Below are positions 1 through 13,300 of a stretch of 64,000 bases of DNA, piece after piece; the stretch's first letter is position 1; each line of letters starts with the position of its first letter. The position numbers were made by a program, and so were the translations under genes. Source of the stretch: Selaginella moellendorffii (taxonomy: Eukaryota; Plantae; Lycopodiophyta). The notes below the pieces were generated by a model that was given only the letters and a program-made list of their open reading frames with translations, did not search any database and was not told where the DNA came from. The stretch covers positions 515,410 to 579,409 of the forward strand of contig NW_003314355.1 of NCBI RefSeq assembly GCF_000143415.4. Direction: 5' to 3'.

Positions 1-1569
1 GTACCTCTATGGGGTGGCGGGGGTGCAAACATGATGATTGCGTCCCTAGCAAAACACTTAAGGTCTCTACAAAGTGCGCAGACTGAGCTGAACGGCCAAC
101 CCTTGCATAAGGCCCTTGTCGATCGAACCCCATACAGGGTTCAGCTGGAGGAGGAGCAAAGGCTTGCAGTATCGCGTGGGGCCCCATGCCATCCCAGTGA
201 ATATGTTGGCCGTCAGATTGTAGGGTTATCACGTGAGGCCTCATGCCATTCCGACGAGGCTGGTCGCTCGGTGAATGCACAGCCTCATCCAAACGAAGCA
301 GAATCTCAAGGAAGTTCTTGCAGCCGATGTGGCCTTCCACCCCATCTTCTGCTCCAAACAGACAATGCTGGCAGTGAGAACAAAAACATGTACGTCTTCG
401 CGTACTTGGCGATGCTTGTTGCCAAAGGCATATTTGAAACGGTTACACTTGGCTTTCTCATGGTTGGGCACACTCATGAAGACGTCGATGCCATGTTCAG
501 TCACCTGGCAGAGTCCCTCCGGCGATCCAATGTCCTCACCCTCCCACAACTCTACGATCAATTCCAAAATTGCATCAAAGGCACTGTTGAAGCTGCACTT
601 CTGACAGAGGTTCCAGACTTTAAGGGGTTTGTAAGAGGCTACATCAGGGATGGATCCGAAACGCTGATTGGCCACTCCAAGCCTCTTCAGTTTCATTTCA
701 GCATGTGTGACGGTGCTCCAGTGATGAGGTACAAGATGAGAGAATGGGACACAGTGTGGCTGCCAGTGGACGGCATTGAACTCTTCAAGAGAGATCCCAT
801 AACTGGGGAACCTATGATTCCTTAGGGTTCCCCACGGCCGATGCACCCGGATGGACTCAAAGACCAGGAAAGTATAGTGGCCGGGATTAGACAGCATATT
901 GCCTTCTGGAAGAGGGGGTTGGTGTTTGGTGGAGAATCCTATTTTCAGAGGTGCAAGCCTTTGCTCGAATACTGGGAGAAGATTATATCTGCTATCCAAA
1001 ATGGGCCGGTTGTATATGAAGAATTGGAAGAGTCCTTTTGGCCAGAACCCAGAGCACCAGATAGTAGCGGAACAATGTCCTCTGGAAATGCAGTGACAGA
1101 TAACGATGTTGAGGATCACTATTGTGGGCCGAGGAACAAGAAGCCGGATTCAGCATTCAATCCAGTACAGGTCTGCAAAGGAATGGTCGTGCTTGTCAGA
1201 CCCAGTAATAAAAAACAAATGATATGGGTGGGGCGCTGCATCACTGATGCAAAGGAGGACGCGGAAACTAACTCCTTCAATGTAACTGTGGAGTGGTTCA
1301 AGCCAAGTTCCGGATATACGAAGGATTGCCTAGAAAAGAGATGGGTGCTGAATCCAAGGGATCCCAGCATGAGCATATCGGTGGATAATGTTGTGCATGG
1401 TTGGATGCGGAAGCAGAGTGCCACCATCACCTTGCCAGACCATGCAAGAGATGCAGCAAGAGCATTCATAACCCGGGTTCAAGGTGAGATTCATGAATAT
1501 TCCTTTACTAAGTTTCTAATGTATTTTATTTCAAGGTGAACAATCCGAATCTGAATCAGAGGAGGCGTG
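1..1569 (+). pseudogene. Sola1-like DDD transposase, C-terminal part, nonsense mutation at 823-825
   Basis: Motifs LQTDNAGSENKN and FLMVGHTHEDVDAMF. TAG at 823-825 where copy 2 has CAG. Probable last intron 1484-1535 and terminal exon GEQSESESEEA*. Confidence 0.85.
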
Positions 1570-2208
1570 ATGGCATGTGGCCTTACGCCATTCCTAGGTG
1601 AGATGATACAAATAACAAGTATAAATTCTTAGTTGTTCTAGCAAATCTTACTTAAAGTTCAAGGTGAACAAGCCGAATATGAATTCATCGGATTGTTATA
1701 ACAAATTGCGAGGTGATGGCATGAGGCGATACGCCATTTGAGAGTGGTAGCCATTCCTATATGAGGTGAGTGAAGTATTTATTAGAAATACCTCATTCAA
1801 TTGTGCACTTCTAAGTCTTGGTCCACTTAGTACTGTTTGCATGTTTCTATTTTAATTCTTTCTCTAAAATGTTATTTAGCATGTGGCTTCATGCCATTGC
1901 TCTCCACAATCATGCATTGAATTTCTATCCTTGCATAATACTTCTCCATATATATAGCATGTGCGCACATGTGATATGGTTCATTAGGCCTGATATAGTG
2001 TGTGAGGTAAAACAAAGATGATGTGACATATGCATTTACCAATCACACGTGCATAAATCTAATAATATGGCGTGTGGCCCATATTACTGGCACATAAACC
2101 CATATTGTGGGCTTACGTGCTTTATGTACCATCATTCCCTTGCAGCGTGTGTGTTGGTTTCCTTTTATAACACAACGAACTCCATATTTTAGGGTGAAGA
2201 GCGTTCTC

Positions 2209-2466
2209 ATGGCAAGCACAAAATCTGTAAGTGAGGCAGAAAAGGAGACGGAGAAGGAGATAGGTGAAGATGTAGAATATATAAGTCTTCCAAACTCCCC
2301 GTACTATACTCCAGGTGATCATTTTTCTGAACAAACGGCAACATTAACAACTATTGAGAACGCCCCAGTAACGTCAGAGACAACAATCCAAAGCAAAACA
2401 ACTGACCCGGAGAAGGATGATAGTACCGCTGAGAGTACCAAAAAGGAGGTGTCCACTAGCGCTTAG
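2209..2466 (+). CDS. Small acidic/Thr-rich ORF in the transposon right arm (MASTKSVSEAEKE...); function unknown, may be an exon
   Basis: Open in both copies (also 30024-30281). Preceded by a ttttag acceptor-like site. Confidence 0.3.
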   Translation: MASTKSVSEAEKETEKEIGEDVEYISLPNSPYYTPGDHFSEQTATLTTIENAPVTSETTIQSKTTDPEKDDSTAESTKKEVSTSA

Positions 2467-3126
2467 GCTTATAATGGCGTGTGCCCTCATGCCATTTACT
2501 TGATCACCAAATACCTTTTTCCCTTTGCACTAGTATATCTTAATACCGGTCTGAGAAATAGAATGGCATGTGCCCTCAGGCCTTTTACTAAATCACCTTT
2601 GAAAGAAATGCAAGCCTCTATGTCGTAAAAAAAAGGTACTAGAGAAATTCCTTAATAATATGAATGTTATTTAGTTTCATGAAAATACACTAAGGGTCAA
2701 ATGAGTTAAATGACTTCTCCAGACTAGCAATGCCTCTTGCTACACCTTCACAATTAGATTCGTTAGAAAAAGATAACATTGAATAATATCTAAATGTTCT
2801 CACCATTAAGTTATATGTCTGGCTAATAGGAATGACGTTCATCTTGGAAAGCTCACCACACGCTCAATGAACAAACAAATAGTGTGTGCGCGCATGCTAT
2901 CGCTCTTCTTTAGCTTCAGATTCAGCTTGTTCACCTTGACAATGAGATTTATTATACAACCAGATGGACTCAGTCTGGACATAAAGTCACCGCGCTAGTC
3001 ACCATGCCCCAGATATGTCTAGCCCCTGGACAAAAAACATATAATTTCACGTCATTTTCAAATACTTGAAAATTTGTACCTAGTCCCATTTTACTAGATA
3101 AATCCCACTTTAACGAAATAGAGCAT

Positions 3127-3929
3127 TCCCGGTCTCGATCTCGACTTCGGACTCCATCTCAGGTCCTTCTTGGACTCCATCTCGAACTTGGACTCGGGCT
3201 TGGGCTCGGTCTCGGCCTCGGCCTCAGTCCCGGTCTCGGTCTTGGTCTCGGTTTGGGTCTTGGTCTCGGTCTTGGTCTCGGTCTGGGTCTTGGTCTCGGT
3301 CTCAATCTTGGTCCCGGTCTCGATCTCCACTTCAGACTCAGACTTGGACTCAGACTCAAGCTTGGGCTTGGTCTCGGCCTCAGCCTCAGTCTCGGTCTCG
3401 GTCTCGGTCCCGGTCTCGATCTTGGTCGATCTCGACTTCGAACTCCATCTTGGGTCCTTCTCGGACTCCATCTCGGATTCCATCTCAGACTCCATTTTGG
3501 GTCCATCTTGGACTCCATCTCGGGTCCATCTTGGGTCCATCTCGGACTCTATCTCAGGTCCATCTCGGACTCCATCTCGGGTCCATCTCGGACTCCATCT
3601 CGGGTCCATCTCAGACTCTATCTCGAGTTCATCTTGGGTCCATCTTGGACTCCATCTCGGGTCCATCTTGGACTCCATCTCGGTCCATCTCGGACTCCAT
3701 TTCGAACTCCATCTCGGACTCCTCTTGTGTCCCTTTTCTAGAGACTCACTTATTGTTTGCTTTGTGCTTGTTCCTTGAGCACTTTGTTGGGAGTTCCACT
3801 CTCGCTCTCAACCTTTCAAGTCAGAGCTTTTAGTCCAAATGTGTTACATTCTTTTGGCTTTTGCTTTGGCCACTACCACGTGGCACCCTTTCGGCTCCAC
3901 TTTGGGGCCTAGGGATTTTGTGTCTCACA
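3127..3929 (-). repeat. Partial 3' LTR of copy A with expanded GAGACC/GAGTCC/GAGATG arrays
   Basis: Terminus ...gattttgtgtctcaca; matches the other LTRs in the window. Confidence 0.85.
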
Positions 3930-4672
3930 ACTCCACCACCCATAAACAAAGTTTGATGTCCTCATTGAACGATAAACTATTTTATAAAGTAATACCAACA
4001 TATATTACCCTTTCCATTCTTGGCACCTCGCAATATTCGTCAATGGTTTGATACCAAAAGCTCACCATACCTTATCCATCCTCTAAGGAGGATAGTCTCT
4101 CCAACTTAGAGACTGATTAGACCACTTGTAGTGGTTCTCTCCTTTTATTGGTTTAATTCTTGCTAAACCTATTAGAAACACCGTCTCTATCTCAATCCCA
4201 CGATTCCTCCTCGAGTAGTCTCAGTTTCCATCAATATAATCTTTGCACTTTGGAACTTTTACTTTTGACTTTTTGAAGTCAATTTCCTAGGTGTCTCCGA
4301 CACCTTGCATTGCACATATTGTGCAACTCCACTTCCCCATCCTAGGAAGTTCTCTACTTGAGGGCACCATCATCCTCTCTTTTATTTCATACCTCCTTGG
4401 GCACTAAGTTCTAGTTATCATAATTTGTGCTGCCCTATCATTTGGCTACTTTACCACTCCCTCCTTTGGAGCTTCCACTTTCGCCAAATTGGAGCAATTG
4501 GGAATCCATCCTTGGAAACACCTTACTTTTCCCACAATTCGCTAACTCCCAACACATTAGTGTTCTTGGCCTAACTTTGCCTTTTGGATTCTTTCCCATG
4601 GTTCTCATGGCTCTTTTCTTAGCCATTAGTCTTTTGCTCCTATCCTTTGATAATTGTACCCAACAACATAGG

Positions 4673-6259
4673 TGTGAGACACAAAATCCCTAAGCCCCAA
4701 AGTGGAGCCGGAAGGGCGCCACGTGGTAGTGGCCGAAGCGAGAGCCAAACGAGCGTAACACGTTTGGACCAAAAGCTCCGACTTGAAAAGTCAAGAGCGG
4801 GAGTGGAACTCCCAACGAAGTGCTCGAGGAATGAGCACGAAACGAGCCATAGGCAAGGCTCCAAAAAGGGACCCAAAAGGACCAACATATGACACGTGGA
4901 AGTGTCTGAGATGGAGTCCGAGGCGGACCCGAGTTGGAGTCCGAGATGGACCCGAAGTGGAGTCCGAGATGGAGTCCGAGATGGACCCGAGATGGAGTCC
5001 GAGGTGGAGTCCGAGGTGGACCCGAGGTGGACCCGAAATGGAGTCCGAGATGGAGTCCGAGATGGACCCAAGATGGAGTCCGAGATGGAGTCCGAGATGG
5101 AGTCCGAGATGGAGTCCGAAGTCGAGACCGGGACCGAGACCGAGACCGAGACCGAGATCGGGACTGAGACCGAGGCCGAGGCCGAGGCCGAGACCGAGCC
5201 CGAGCCCGAGTCCGAGTCCGAGTCCGAGTCCGAGTCCGAGTCCGAGTCCGAGTTCGAGTCTGAGAGGGTGAAAGCCCAAAGCGTTCGTCTCCCAAACCCT
5301 GGGGGGTTTGGTGAGTTCCAAAAGTATAGTAGGGGGAGGACTGCAGTGGAGCCAGTTTGGCAAGGAAAGGCCAGTTTGGCCCAGGAAGGCCGGACCTAGT
5401 GTTGGGTGATGAGCTGCCCACTGGGAAGTCCAAGACTAGAGTGAACACGGACCGACAAGTGGGGTAGCTTGGTGAAGTGTTCAAGAGCCGGCTCTAGTTC
5501 CCCCGGGAGATCGACTGGCCGATGCTCCCAGTCCAAGTGTGGGTGGCACTACCTACTTGGATACCAGGCGTGGCTCAACGGAACCTCGCTCTAAGCCCAT
5601 GGCTAGAGCACCTAAAGGCGATAGGTGGGGAGAGTACCCAGGTGGCTCGCGTAAAGCCACGGTGTTCCGAAATGTTGTCCCAAAGGCCCAGACTGTGGAA
5701 TGGAAGAGGAGCAGTCCTCTGGAGCAGTGACCAAGGACGCAGTCGTGTGGTGAGGAAGTCCCAGAGGACCGTGGGACTTAGTGGTTGGGCCTGTGGGCCT
5801 TGATCCAGTGGCAGTGTTGGCAAACACGGCCAAGGGCAGAAAGGGACTTAGTGGGGATTGACAGAGGGATATTGGGGAAGGCTAATCCCCATGTCAGTGG
5901 GCATCCTAAGGATGCTAAGGAGTGGATCTGGGATGATCACTCATGGATGGATGGCCCAGTCTTTGAGTGACGGGACTGGGATGCAAGTGGTGTCAAACCA
6001 TCGGTGTGACCAAGGTGAATGGGCATGGCCTTAGCGTAACGGGCCGATACGTCGGTGGTACCTTGGGGTGTCGATCATGGGATCGGACACGTGGAGCACT
6101 TAGACCAAGTGCTAAGGTTGAGTGGCATGGATGCCATTCTCGGGGCTGGCAAGCCCCAAGTCCTGAGTTGGACTTATGGAGGTTGTGAATGAGACTCCTC
6201 CAAGTGGTCGGAGGTGTGGTTAAGTGACTAAAGTAAAATGGAAAAATTAGTCGCTTACA
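4673..6259 (+). mobile_element. Solo LTR, same family, nested in copy A
   Basis: TGTGAGAC...GCTTACA termini with 5-bp TSD ATAGG (4668-4672, 6260-6264). Empty site visible in copy B near 33275. Confidence 0.93.
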
Positions 6260-7006
6260 ATAGGATTGTTACCTCCATTCTCGAGGTATTCTTTTGGTTA
6301 TATAGTAAAGACTTTGCTTGCCAAGTCCAGAGGGTGTTTACCCCTAGTATGTCTCTTTATCATTTTCTGCTATGGCTTTATTCATAGCCCAATTTAGTGA
6401 CCCTCCCATGGGTCTCTTATAAAGACTACTTTCCTTGAACTCACTATGCCATCGTATGAACATAGCTTATTTCCCTTATGTGCTCTTCCCACTTGGTCAT
6501 CTTGACCAAACCACACCATTATAAATAGTTCAAATCAACATTTTGAACCAAGAACTTTATTCCTTAGCCAACCAAGGACTTTATCCTTATTTAGCCACAA
6601 AATCACCTAGTGATCTCACCTTGGCACCTTAATAGAGTTGCCAAGAAGTACTTGGTCTTCTAGACCTTCAAGTTGTTGACCATGGCCCCGGGGGCATCCC
6701 CCACACTTGGCGGTGCACCCAAGCCAGCTCTTACGACCAAGGGTCCATAGCAATTGAAATTAGGTGTCCCCATCTCATTCACCACATCTTTGGTGCCACT
6801 TGCACCAAAGCATTCAAGTTAGATATGCTGAGCTTTTGCACTAAACAATCTAACTGTGCATCACAACTCCGAGGCATCCTTCGCTTGGTGGTGTGCCCAA
6901 ACCAGTCTCCTCATTGAGAGTCCATGACCACTGCAAAATAAGTGTCCTCATATTCCAAACCATCACCATGCCCTAGTGATTTGGGACTCGAACCCAAGCA
7001 CTAGAG

Positions 7007-8153
7007 TGTAAGGAACCAACTCGCCGAGGTGTCGTAGGCTAAAGGAACCCCGAAAGCATGACCAAAATGACAAAGAGTTCATCGGATGAGACCAAGTCGA
7101 AGATCGAGTCCAAGACCGACTCTAGGACCGAGTTCGAGATCGAGTCCGGAATCGAGTCCGAGACCGACTCGGGGACCGAGTTCGAGTCTGAGTTCGAGAC
7201 CGAGTTCGAGACGGAGTCCGAGATCCGAAATCGGGTCCGAGACCGAGTCCGAGGTCGAGTCCGAAGTCGGGTCCGAGATCGGGTCCGAGATCAAGTCCGA
7301 GATCGAGTCCGAAACCGAATCCGAAGTCGGATCCGAAATCGGGTCCGAGATCGAGCCAGAGACTAAGTCCAAATACAAATACGGGTCAAGGGGTGAAAGC
7401 CCAAAGCGTGCGTCTCCCGGGGGGGGGGGCTGCAGGGGGTTCCAAAAGTATAGTAGGGATAGTGAGGTCTAGGAACCAGTTTTGAAGGGACTCTCCAGTT
7501 GGGCTTCCAAACCGACTTGAGGTTGAGACTGGGACCGAAGGGCCTTGGGTGGGAGTGAGCATGGACTTGGCTGGTGCCGGAGGGGCCATCCAAGGAAGTG
7601 CTCAAGAGCAGCTCCCACTCCCGAAAGGGAAACCGATTGCGGTGCTCCCGGCTCATGTGGAGTGGTGCCCCACTTGAGTACCATGCGGCTCATTGGTCCT
7701 CGCCCTCCCTAGGGGCTTGGGCCTTCCTTCGGGATGGAAGTGGGGGGCGAGAGGTACCCATACCGGGCCGCTAGGCCACGGTGTTTCGCCCCGGCATCCT
7801 GAAGCAAGTGTTGCACTCAAGACTTGGGATTTAGAGGGTCCCATGATCAAGTCTTGTGGTACCAAGGGATGTTAGGAACCTGGAAGCTTGGTGTGCTTGG
7901 CTGCTTGTGCTTGTGGGGAGTGTAGCCGAACCTTAAGTCCAGTCTAACCCGGGGAGGGGGATTGGGAGTGATTTGGGAATCCATGAAAGGATGGCTAACA
8001 CTCCGTTGCTCGTGCAGTGAGTAGCTGAAACCAAGTAGGAGCTGGTACCATAGGCGAGAACCTTGGCGAGGGAACTTAGCAAAAGCCAAGGCAGCGTTGG
8101 ACGGATAGACGAGGTAAGCTGGCAAATTGGAAAGGAAAAATTTGTGGCTTACA
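7007..8153 (+). mobile_element. Solo LTR of a second, related family nested in copy A
   Basis: TGTAAGG...GCTTACA termini with TSD TAGAG (7002-7006, 8154-8158). Empty site in copy B near 32545. Confidence 0.9.
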
Positions 8154-10704
8154 TAGAGGGTCGGGATTCGAACCCAACCTCCGTATATGCATCTACGAAC
8201 GGCATCGCCTAAGATGCTTGGCATGACTCCCCCAACTTATACTTAAAGCGTGCTACAGATCACAGCTTAAAAACCTAATTCCTCCACACTGCCAAATCCT
8301 TTCACTTGACAAATTTGTAATCATGCATGGACTCCTCTATGCTTGGCCCCATGGGCCACCCCTTTGAAGTTAGCACCTCAACTAGGGTATTTGTTCCCAT
8401 GACTTGCCAATCTCACTTAGCAAGTCATCCAACCAACGTAACATGGTTTCATGCATAAGCAGGAAAGCCCTCAACCATCGACTTTCATTCAAAGCCATTC
8501 CTTTAAGCACTCGAGAATTGCTTCCCCAACCTTGATAGCATTGTATTATAGCAAGCTTCAAGGCCACGCTTCTGCTGCACCACTCTAATTTCGTGCATTT
8601 TATGAACCATTTACACTTGGCTTTCTAGGTACTAAGTTACCTAAAAGTGTCTTTGGGAACCTTTGAAGGAACTCTCTGTCCCTTAGTTTGTTAAGGCCTC
8701 TCCTTTTGCAAGCTTTTAAATTGCTATATGGTCTAACATGGACAATTCCATGTTTTAGACTCTCTATGGCATCACAATTACTAGTAACAACATGCTTGAA
8801 TACCCACTTAATTCTTCACTCCCAACTGGCATAACCACCCTTGGTTATGCAATTCGATTCCTATGGTTTGGTTTTATCCCCTTACTACTTGCTTTTAGCC
8901 TCACACCTTTCCTTCGGTTATTCTCTTCCAGACTAGGAGGATAGCTTTGAACTTTCTAATATGCCATAGCAAGTATTCTTAGGGATGAACCTACCTGATA
9001 GCTTAGGGAGTGGTTCCTCAATCTGGGTATGCTCAATTTATAATCCCACACACCGAGATTAACGTTGTTATTTATGGGCTTTTATATGCCCATTGCTAGC
9101 CTTGCCACAATTCTATTTTGGATTTGTCCAATTCGGGTAGACAGTCTTCTCCTGTCTCTACAACCTTGGACGTTTTCAATAGCACACCTTCTATTCTTCA
9201 TTTGCTAGGGACTTAGTCCCTTGGGCCTTATCTATTACCCTCATGACACTAAACATCACCTTTTGGTGTTCTAAAGTGTTTGGGTGTCCTAATGATGCCT
9301 TCCTTGACAATGAGCATTTCTTTTTACAACATTGACTTACTATATCGCAACATAAGCAATTTATCCCCGATAAGGGTATATCTAACTTCTTTATGCCATT
9401 AAAAAGTCTTGGCTAGCTACCTTCTACCCATTTAACCAATTACCTTGCACCTCTTGCTTAGTTGCCTCATAGTTGTCAAATCCTACAACTCATTACTAGT
9501 GCTTCCACACCTCCATTATTATCTGGGTCACCACACTCTACTACATGCCTTTTAGCTTAGACTATGCCATTCCCATTTCCATTGGGATTCCCTTGGCAAG
9601 GGGTTCTTATGAACCCATCAACATAACCTTAAGGTATCACACTTTGGCATATTTGGTGTCTCCACACCATCGGCTCCATGAGTTTACCTTTATGACACTT
9701 TGCACTTGTGTCTAGATTTTTGCCAAGACCAATTTAGTCGTTTCTCATGCCAACTATCCATTAGCACTACACCATAGTGTTCGCACACAACTCTGCACCA
9801 AAGTTGTTTCTTCTAGGAACACCTTTCCCACGACTTTAGTATGGCATATTCTGCCACCCATGAAATACCCATTGTTCTCATACTTGGATCTTATGATCTT
9901 TCCCATCCTCCATAGGGCACAACACACCTCAATCCAAATGCTTCCATTAGTCCTTTATGACCATTCCTTGACTCCACTTAAGTCATTCAGCCTTTTGAAC
10001 TTTTCATAATCCCCCAACCTATAAGGTTTTACTGTTGAGGTGCCAGCTCATTGGAATACAACATGTCTTATTCACCATGACCACTATTATAAGTGTTATT
10101 CCAACACTTGATTATTTTTCGATAATTGTGGGCTACCTTCGCCTATTAGGACTATCCGTCCATATGATGAGAATATTGATTCATCCTTTAAGCACACCCC
10201 CAACTCCTGGGGTTGTTCCAACATTTATTCCAGGTAGCTCGGCTACCATTCCAAGGATTTATGTCCTTATCCGCAATTGACCTCCCACGGTCATTAATTC
10301 TAGTCTTAAATTTATGAGCACCAGCCTTAACTTCATAAAGGTAATCTTGTGACTCCTTTATCGTTTTGAAGTCTCTATCTTTCCTGTGATCCCAACTATA
10401 GTTGTTTACCACAACTATATTAGTCAGTTTGCTGAGTCAAACGCTCATCTGGATCACATCCTCAACTCAATGAGGGAAAACCTTGCACTGTTCCCAAGAT
10501 CCTGAAGTCGTTCCATCATTGGCCCTTCTTTATCCACCACCTCACCTACAAGTTCACACCTGAATTGTAGTGGAGAGCCATGTCTTCCCGACTTGTTACT
10601 CCTTAAGGATAGGTTCACTCCTAGGACCTTCCCATGCCAACACTAGTGGTTATATACTTGAGCATCAATAAAAGTCGAATTAAGGAACAGCTCTAATACC
10701 AAGT

Positions 10705-12244
10705 TGTAAGCGACTAAATTTTCCATTATACTTTAGTCACTTAACCACATCTCCGACCACTTGGAGTCTCACTCACAACCTCCATAAATCCTATTTCGGA
10801 CTTGGGCTTGCTAGCCCCGAGAATGGCATCCTCGCCACTCACCTACATCACAGTCCCGTCTCTCAAAGACTAGGCCATCCATCCATGAGTGATCATCCTA
10901 GATCCACTCCTTAGCATCCTTAGGATGCCCACAGACATGGGGAATAGCCTTCCCTAATATCCTTTTTCCGGTCCCCACCAAGTCCCTTTTTGCCCATGGC
11001 CGTGTTTGCCAACACTGCCACTAGATCGAGGCCCACAAGCCTGACCACTAAGTCCCATAGTCCTCTAGGACTTCCTCACCACCCGACTGTATCCTTGGTC
11101 ACTACACCAGAGGACTACTCCTCTTCCTTTTCACAATCTGGGCCTTTGAGACAACATTTTGGAACATTGTGGCCCTACGCGAGCCTTATGGGTACTCTCC
11201 CCGCCTTCCACTTTTGGGTGCTCTAGCCATGGGCTTAGAGCGAGGTTCCGTTGAGCCATGCCAGGTATCCAAGTAGGGAGTGCCACCCACACTTGGACTG
11301 GGAGCATCAACCATTCGATCTCCCGGGGGAACTAGGGCCAACTCTTGAACACTTCACTAAGCTACCTCGCTTGTCGGTTCGTATTCACTTTAGCTTTGAA
11401 CTTCGCAGTGGTTATCCCATCACCCAACACCTGGGTACAGCCTTCTTAGGACAAACCGGCCTTTCCTAGCCAAACTGGCTCCACTAGAGTCCTCCCCCTA
11501 CTATACTTTTGGAGCTCACCAAACCCCCCAGGGTCTGGGAGACAAACCCTTTGGGCTTTCACCCCCTCAGACTCGAACTCAGACTTGGACTCGAACTTGG
11601 ACTCGGGCTTGGGCTCGGTCTCGGCCTCGGCCTCAGTCCCGGTCTCGGTCTTGGTCTCGGTTTGGGTCTTGGTCTCAGTCTTGGTCTCGGTCTGGGTCTT
11701 GGTCTCGGTCTCGATCTTGGTCCCGGTCTTGATCTCGACTTCGGACTCCATCTCAGGTCCTTCTTGGACTCCATCTCGGATTCCATCTTGGACTCCATCT
11801 CAAACTCCATCTCGGGTCCATCTCGAACTCCATCTTAGGTCCATCTCAGACTCCATCTCGGGTCCATCTCGGATTCCATCTCGGGTCCATCTTGGGTCCA
11901 TCTCGGACTCCATCTAGGGTCTATCTCGGACTCCATCTGGGGTCCATCTCAGGTCCATCTCAGGTCCATCTCGGGTTCATCTTGGACTCCATCTCGGACT
12001 CCATCTCGGACTCTATCTCGGGTCCATCTTGGACTCCTCTTGTGTCCCTTTTCTAGAGACTCACTTATTACTTGCTTTGTGCTTGTTCCTCGAGCACTTC
12101 GTTGGGAGTTCCACTCCCGCTCTCGACCTTTCAAGTTGAAGCTTTTAGTCCAAACATGTTACGTTCGTTTTGTTTTTGCTTTGGCCACTACCACGTGGCA
12201 CCCTTTTGGCTCCACTTTGGGGCCTAGGGATTTTGTGTCTCATA
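10705..12244 (-). repeat. 5' LTR of copy A
   Basis: Reverse complement of the family LTR; PBS adjacent. Confidence 0.88.
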
Positions 12245-12779
12245 TTAGTCTCTAGGATAAGCTCAAAACTTACTAAATATGGAATATCCCTAGATTGCAA
12301 ATTTGGACACTGGATGAACACTATTGTATTCAAGACAATCTTTACATTTCATAGATATGCCAAATGAGCAAATTTAAACATTTTCCATAAATAATATTTG
12401 GGACCGGAATGAGACTAACATAAAGGGCATGATAGCGAGGGTGTTTGGCACACACGGTAAGCCATCATCCAGTGATATTGAGGGATTAATCTCAATACAC
12501 GAGGCTTCTTGTCACTAGCTAGTGCAAGACATAACAAGACGGGAACTCCTTACTAGGCTAAGTATGTTTAGCTAATAGCACGTAAAAATTCTGTCTTTAT
12601 GCTCGTCTGGTCTAAGTACACTCGAAATGCCTAGTTAACTCCACTAACACAAGAGGGACTGATAAAGGGTCCAGCAATACTGACCTCCTGCCATCGTAGC
12701 AGTAAGGAAAGAGTATCCGTAAGGATTGGCCGATAGATAACTTTCGATACTCGAAATTACATTTGTGACAAAGATTACT

Positions 12780-13300
12780 CTAGAATGAGTAGTAAAGTTG
12801 AGATAAAAAGAGTGTCTTTAACAAGTTTAGCAAGAACTAAAAAAACAAAGGGAGAGAACCACAACAAGTGGTTTAATGTGACTTTAAGTTAAAGAGACTA
12901 TGCTCCTTAAAGGATGGGTAAAGCATGGTGTTGAACCGATGACAAATATTGGTTTAGTGATAAGGATGAAAATGGCAATTCATGGTTTATCATTCGAGGA
13001 AGATATTAAATTTCATCTATGGCTAGTGGAGTTATGAGATAAAAATCCTTAAACCCCAAAGTGGAACCAAAAGTGTGCCACATGGCAATAGTTGAAGTGG
13101 ATTCCTAACACATTTAAACTAAAAGCTCTAACTTAGAAAGTCAAGAGTGGGATTGAAATTTTTAAAAGTGCTCTGTGAATAAGTATGTAACAATTGGTGA
13201 ACAAGTCTCTAGAAAGGGACACAAAAGGGACTAATATATAGTAAATGTCATAACACATGGAAATGTCAAGATCAAATCTGAAATACAAGGTATAAAATGG
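12780..13300 (+). mobile_element. Older decayed fragment of the same LTR family (3' internal region, PPT, LTR start)
   Basis: Diverged match to 33800-34330, e.g. ggctagtggagttatgagataaaaatccttaaaccccaaagtgg. Confidence 0.75.

Larger units (their letters stand above)
1..3126 (+). mobile_element. Right part of Sola1-like DNA transposon, copy 1 (left part outside the window)
   Basis: Near-identical to 28258-30941. Ends in the TIR tcccactttaacgaaatagagcat (3103-3126), directly followed by LTR microsatellite sequence (tcccggtctcgatc). Confidence 0.9.
3127..12244 (-). mobile_element. Non-autonomous LTR retroelement (LARD-like), copy A, 3' LTR interrupted by the DNA transposon
   Basis: 5' LTR 10705-12244. 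PBS TGGTATTAGAGC (tRNA-iMet type) at about 10690-10701 on the minus strand. PPT GGGTGGTGGAGT next to the 3' LTR (3127-3929). Internal region homologous to copy B, no long ORF. Confidence 0.85.

Noticed and set aside
1-3126. Repeat of 28.3-30.9 kb as a segmental duplication or assembly artefact
   Set aside because: Similarity stops exactly at the TIR, flanks differ, and the copies carry private mutations.
3094-5484. Many long ORFs such as MESEMDPRWSPR, LGLGLG, RPRPRP (also at 7-7.5, 11.4-12, 15.4-16.3, 34-35.1 and 57.1-57.9 kb)
   Set aside because: They are translations of stop-free hexamer arrays in LTRs, open in several frames on both strands.
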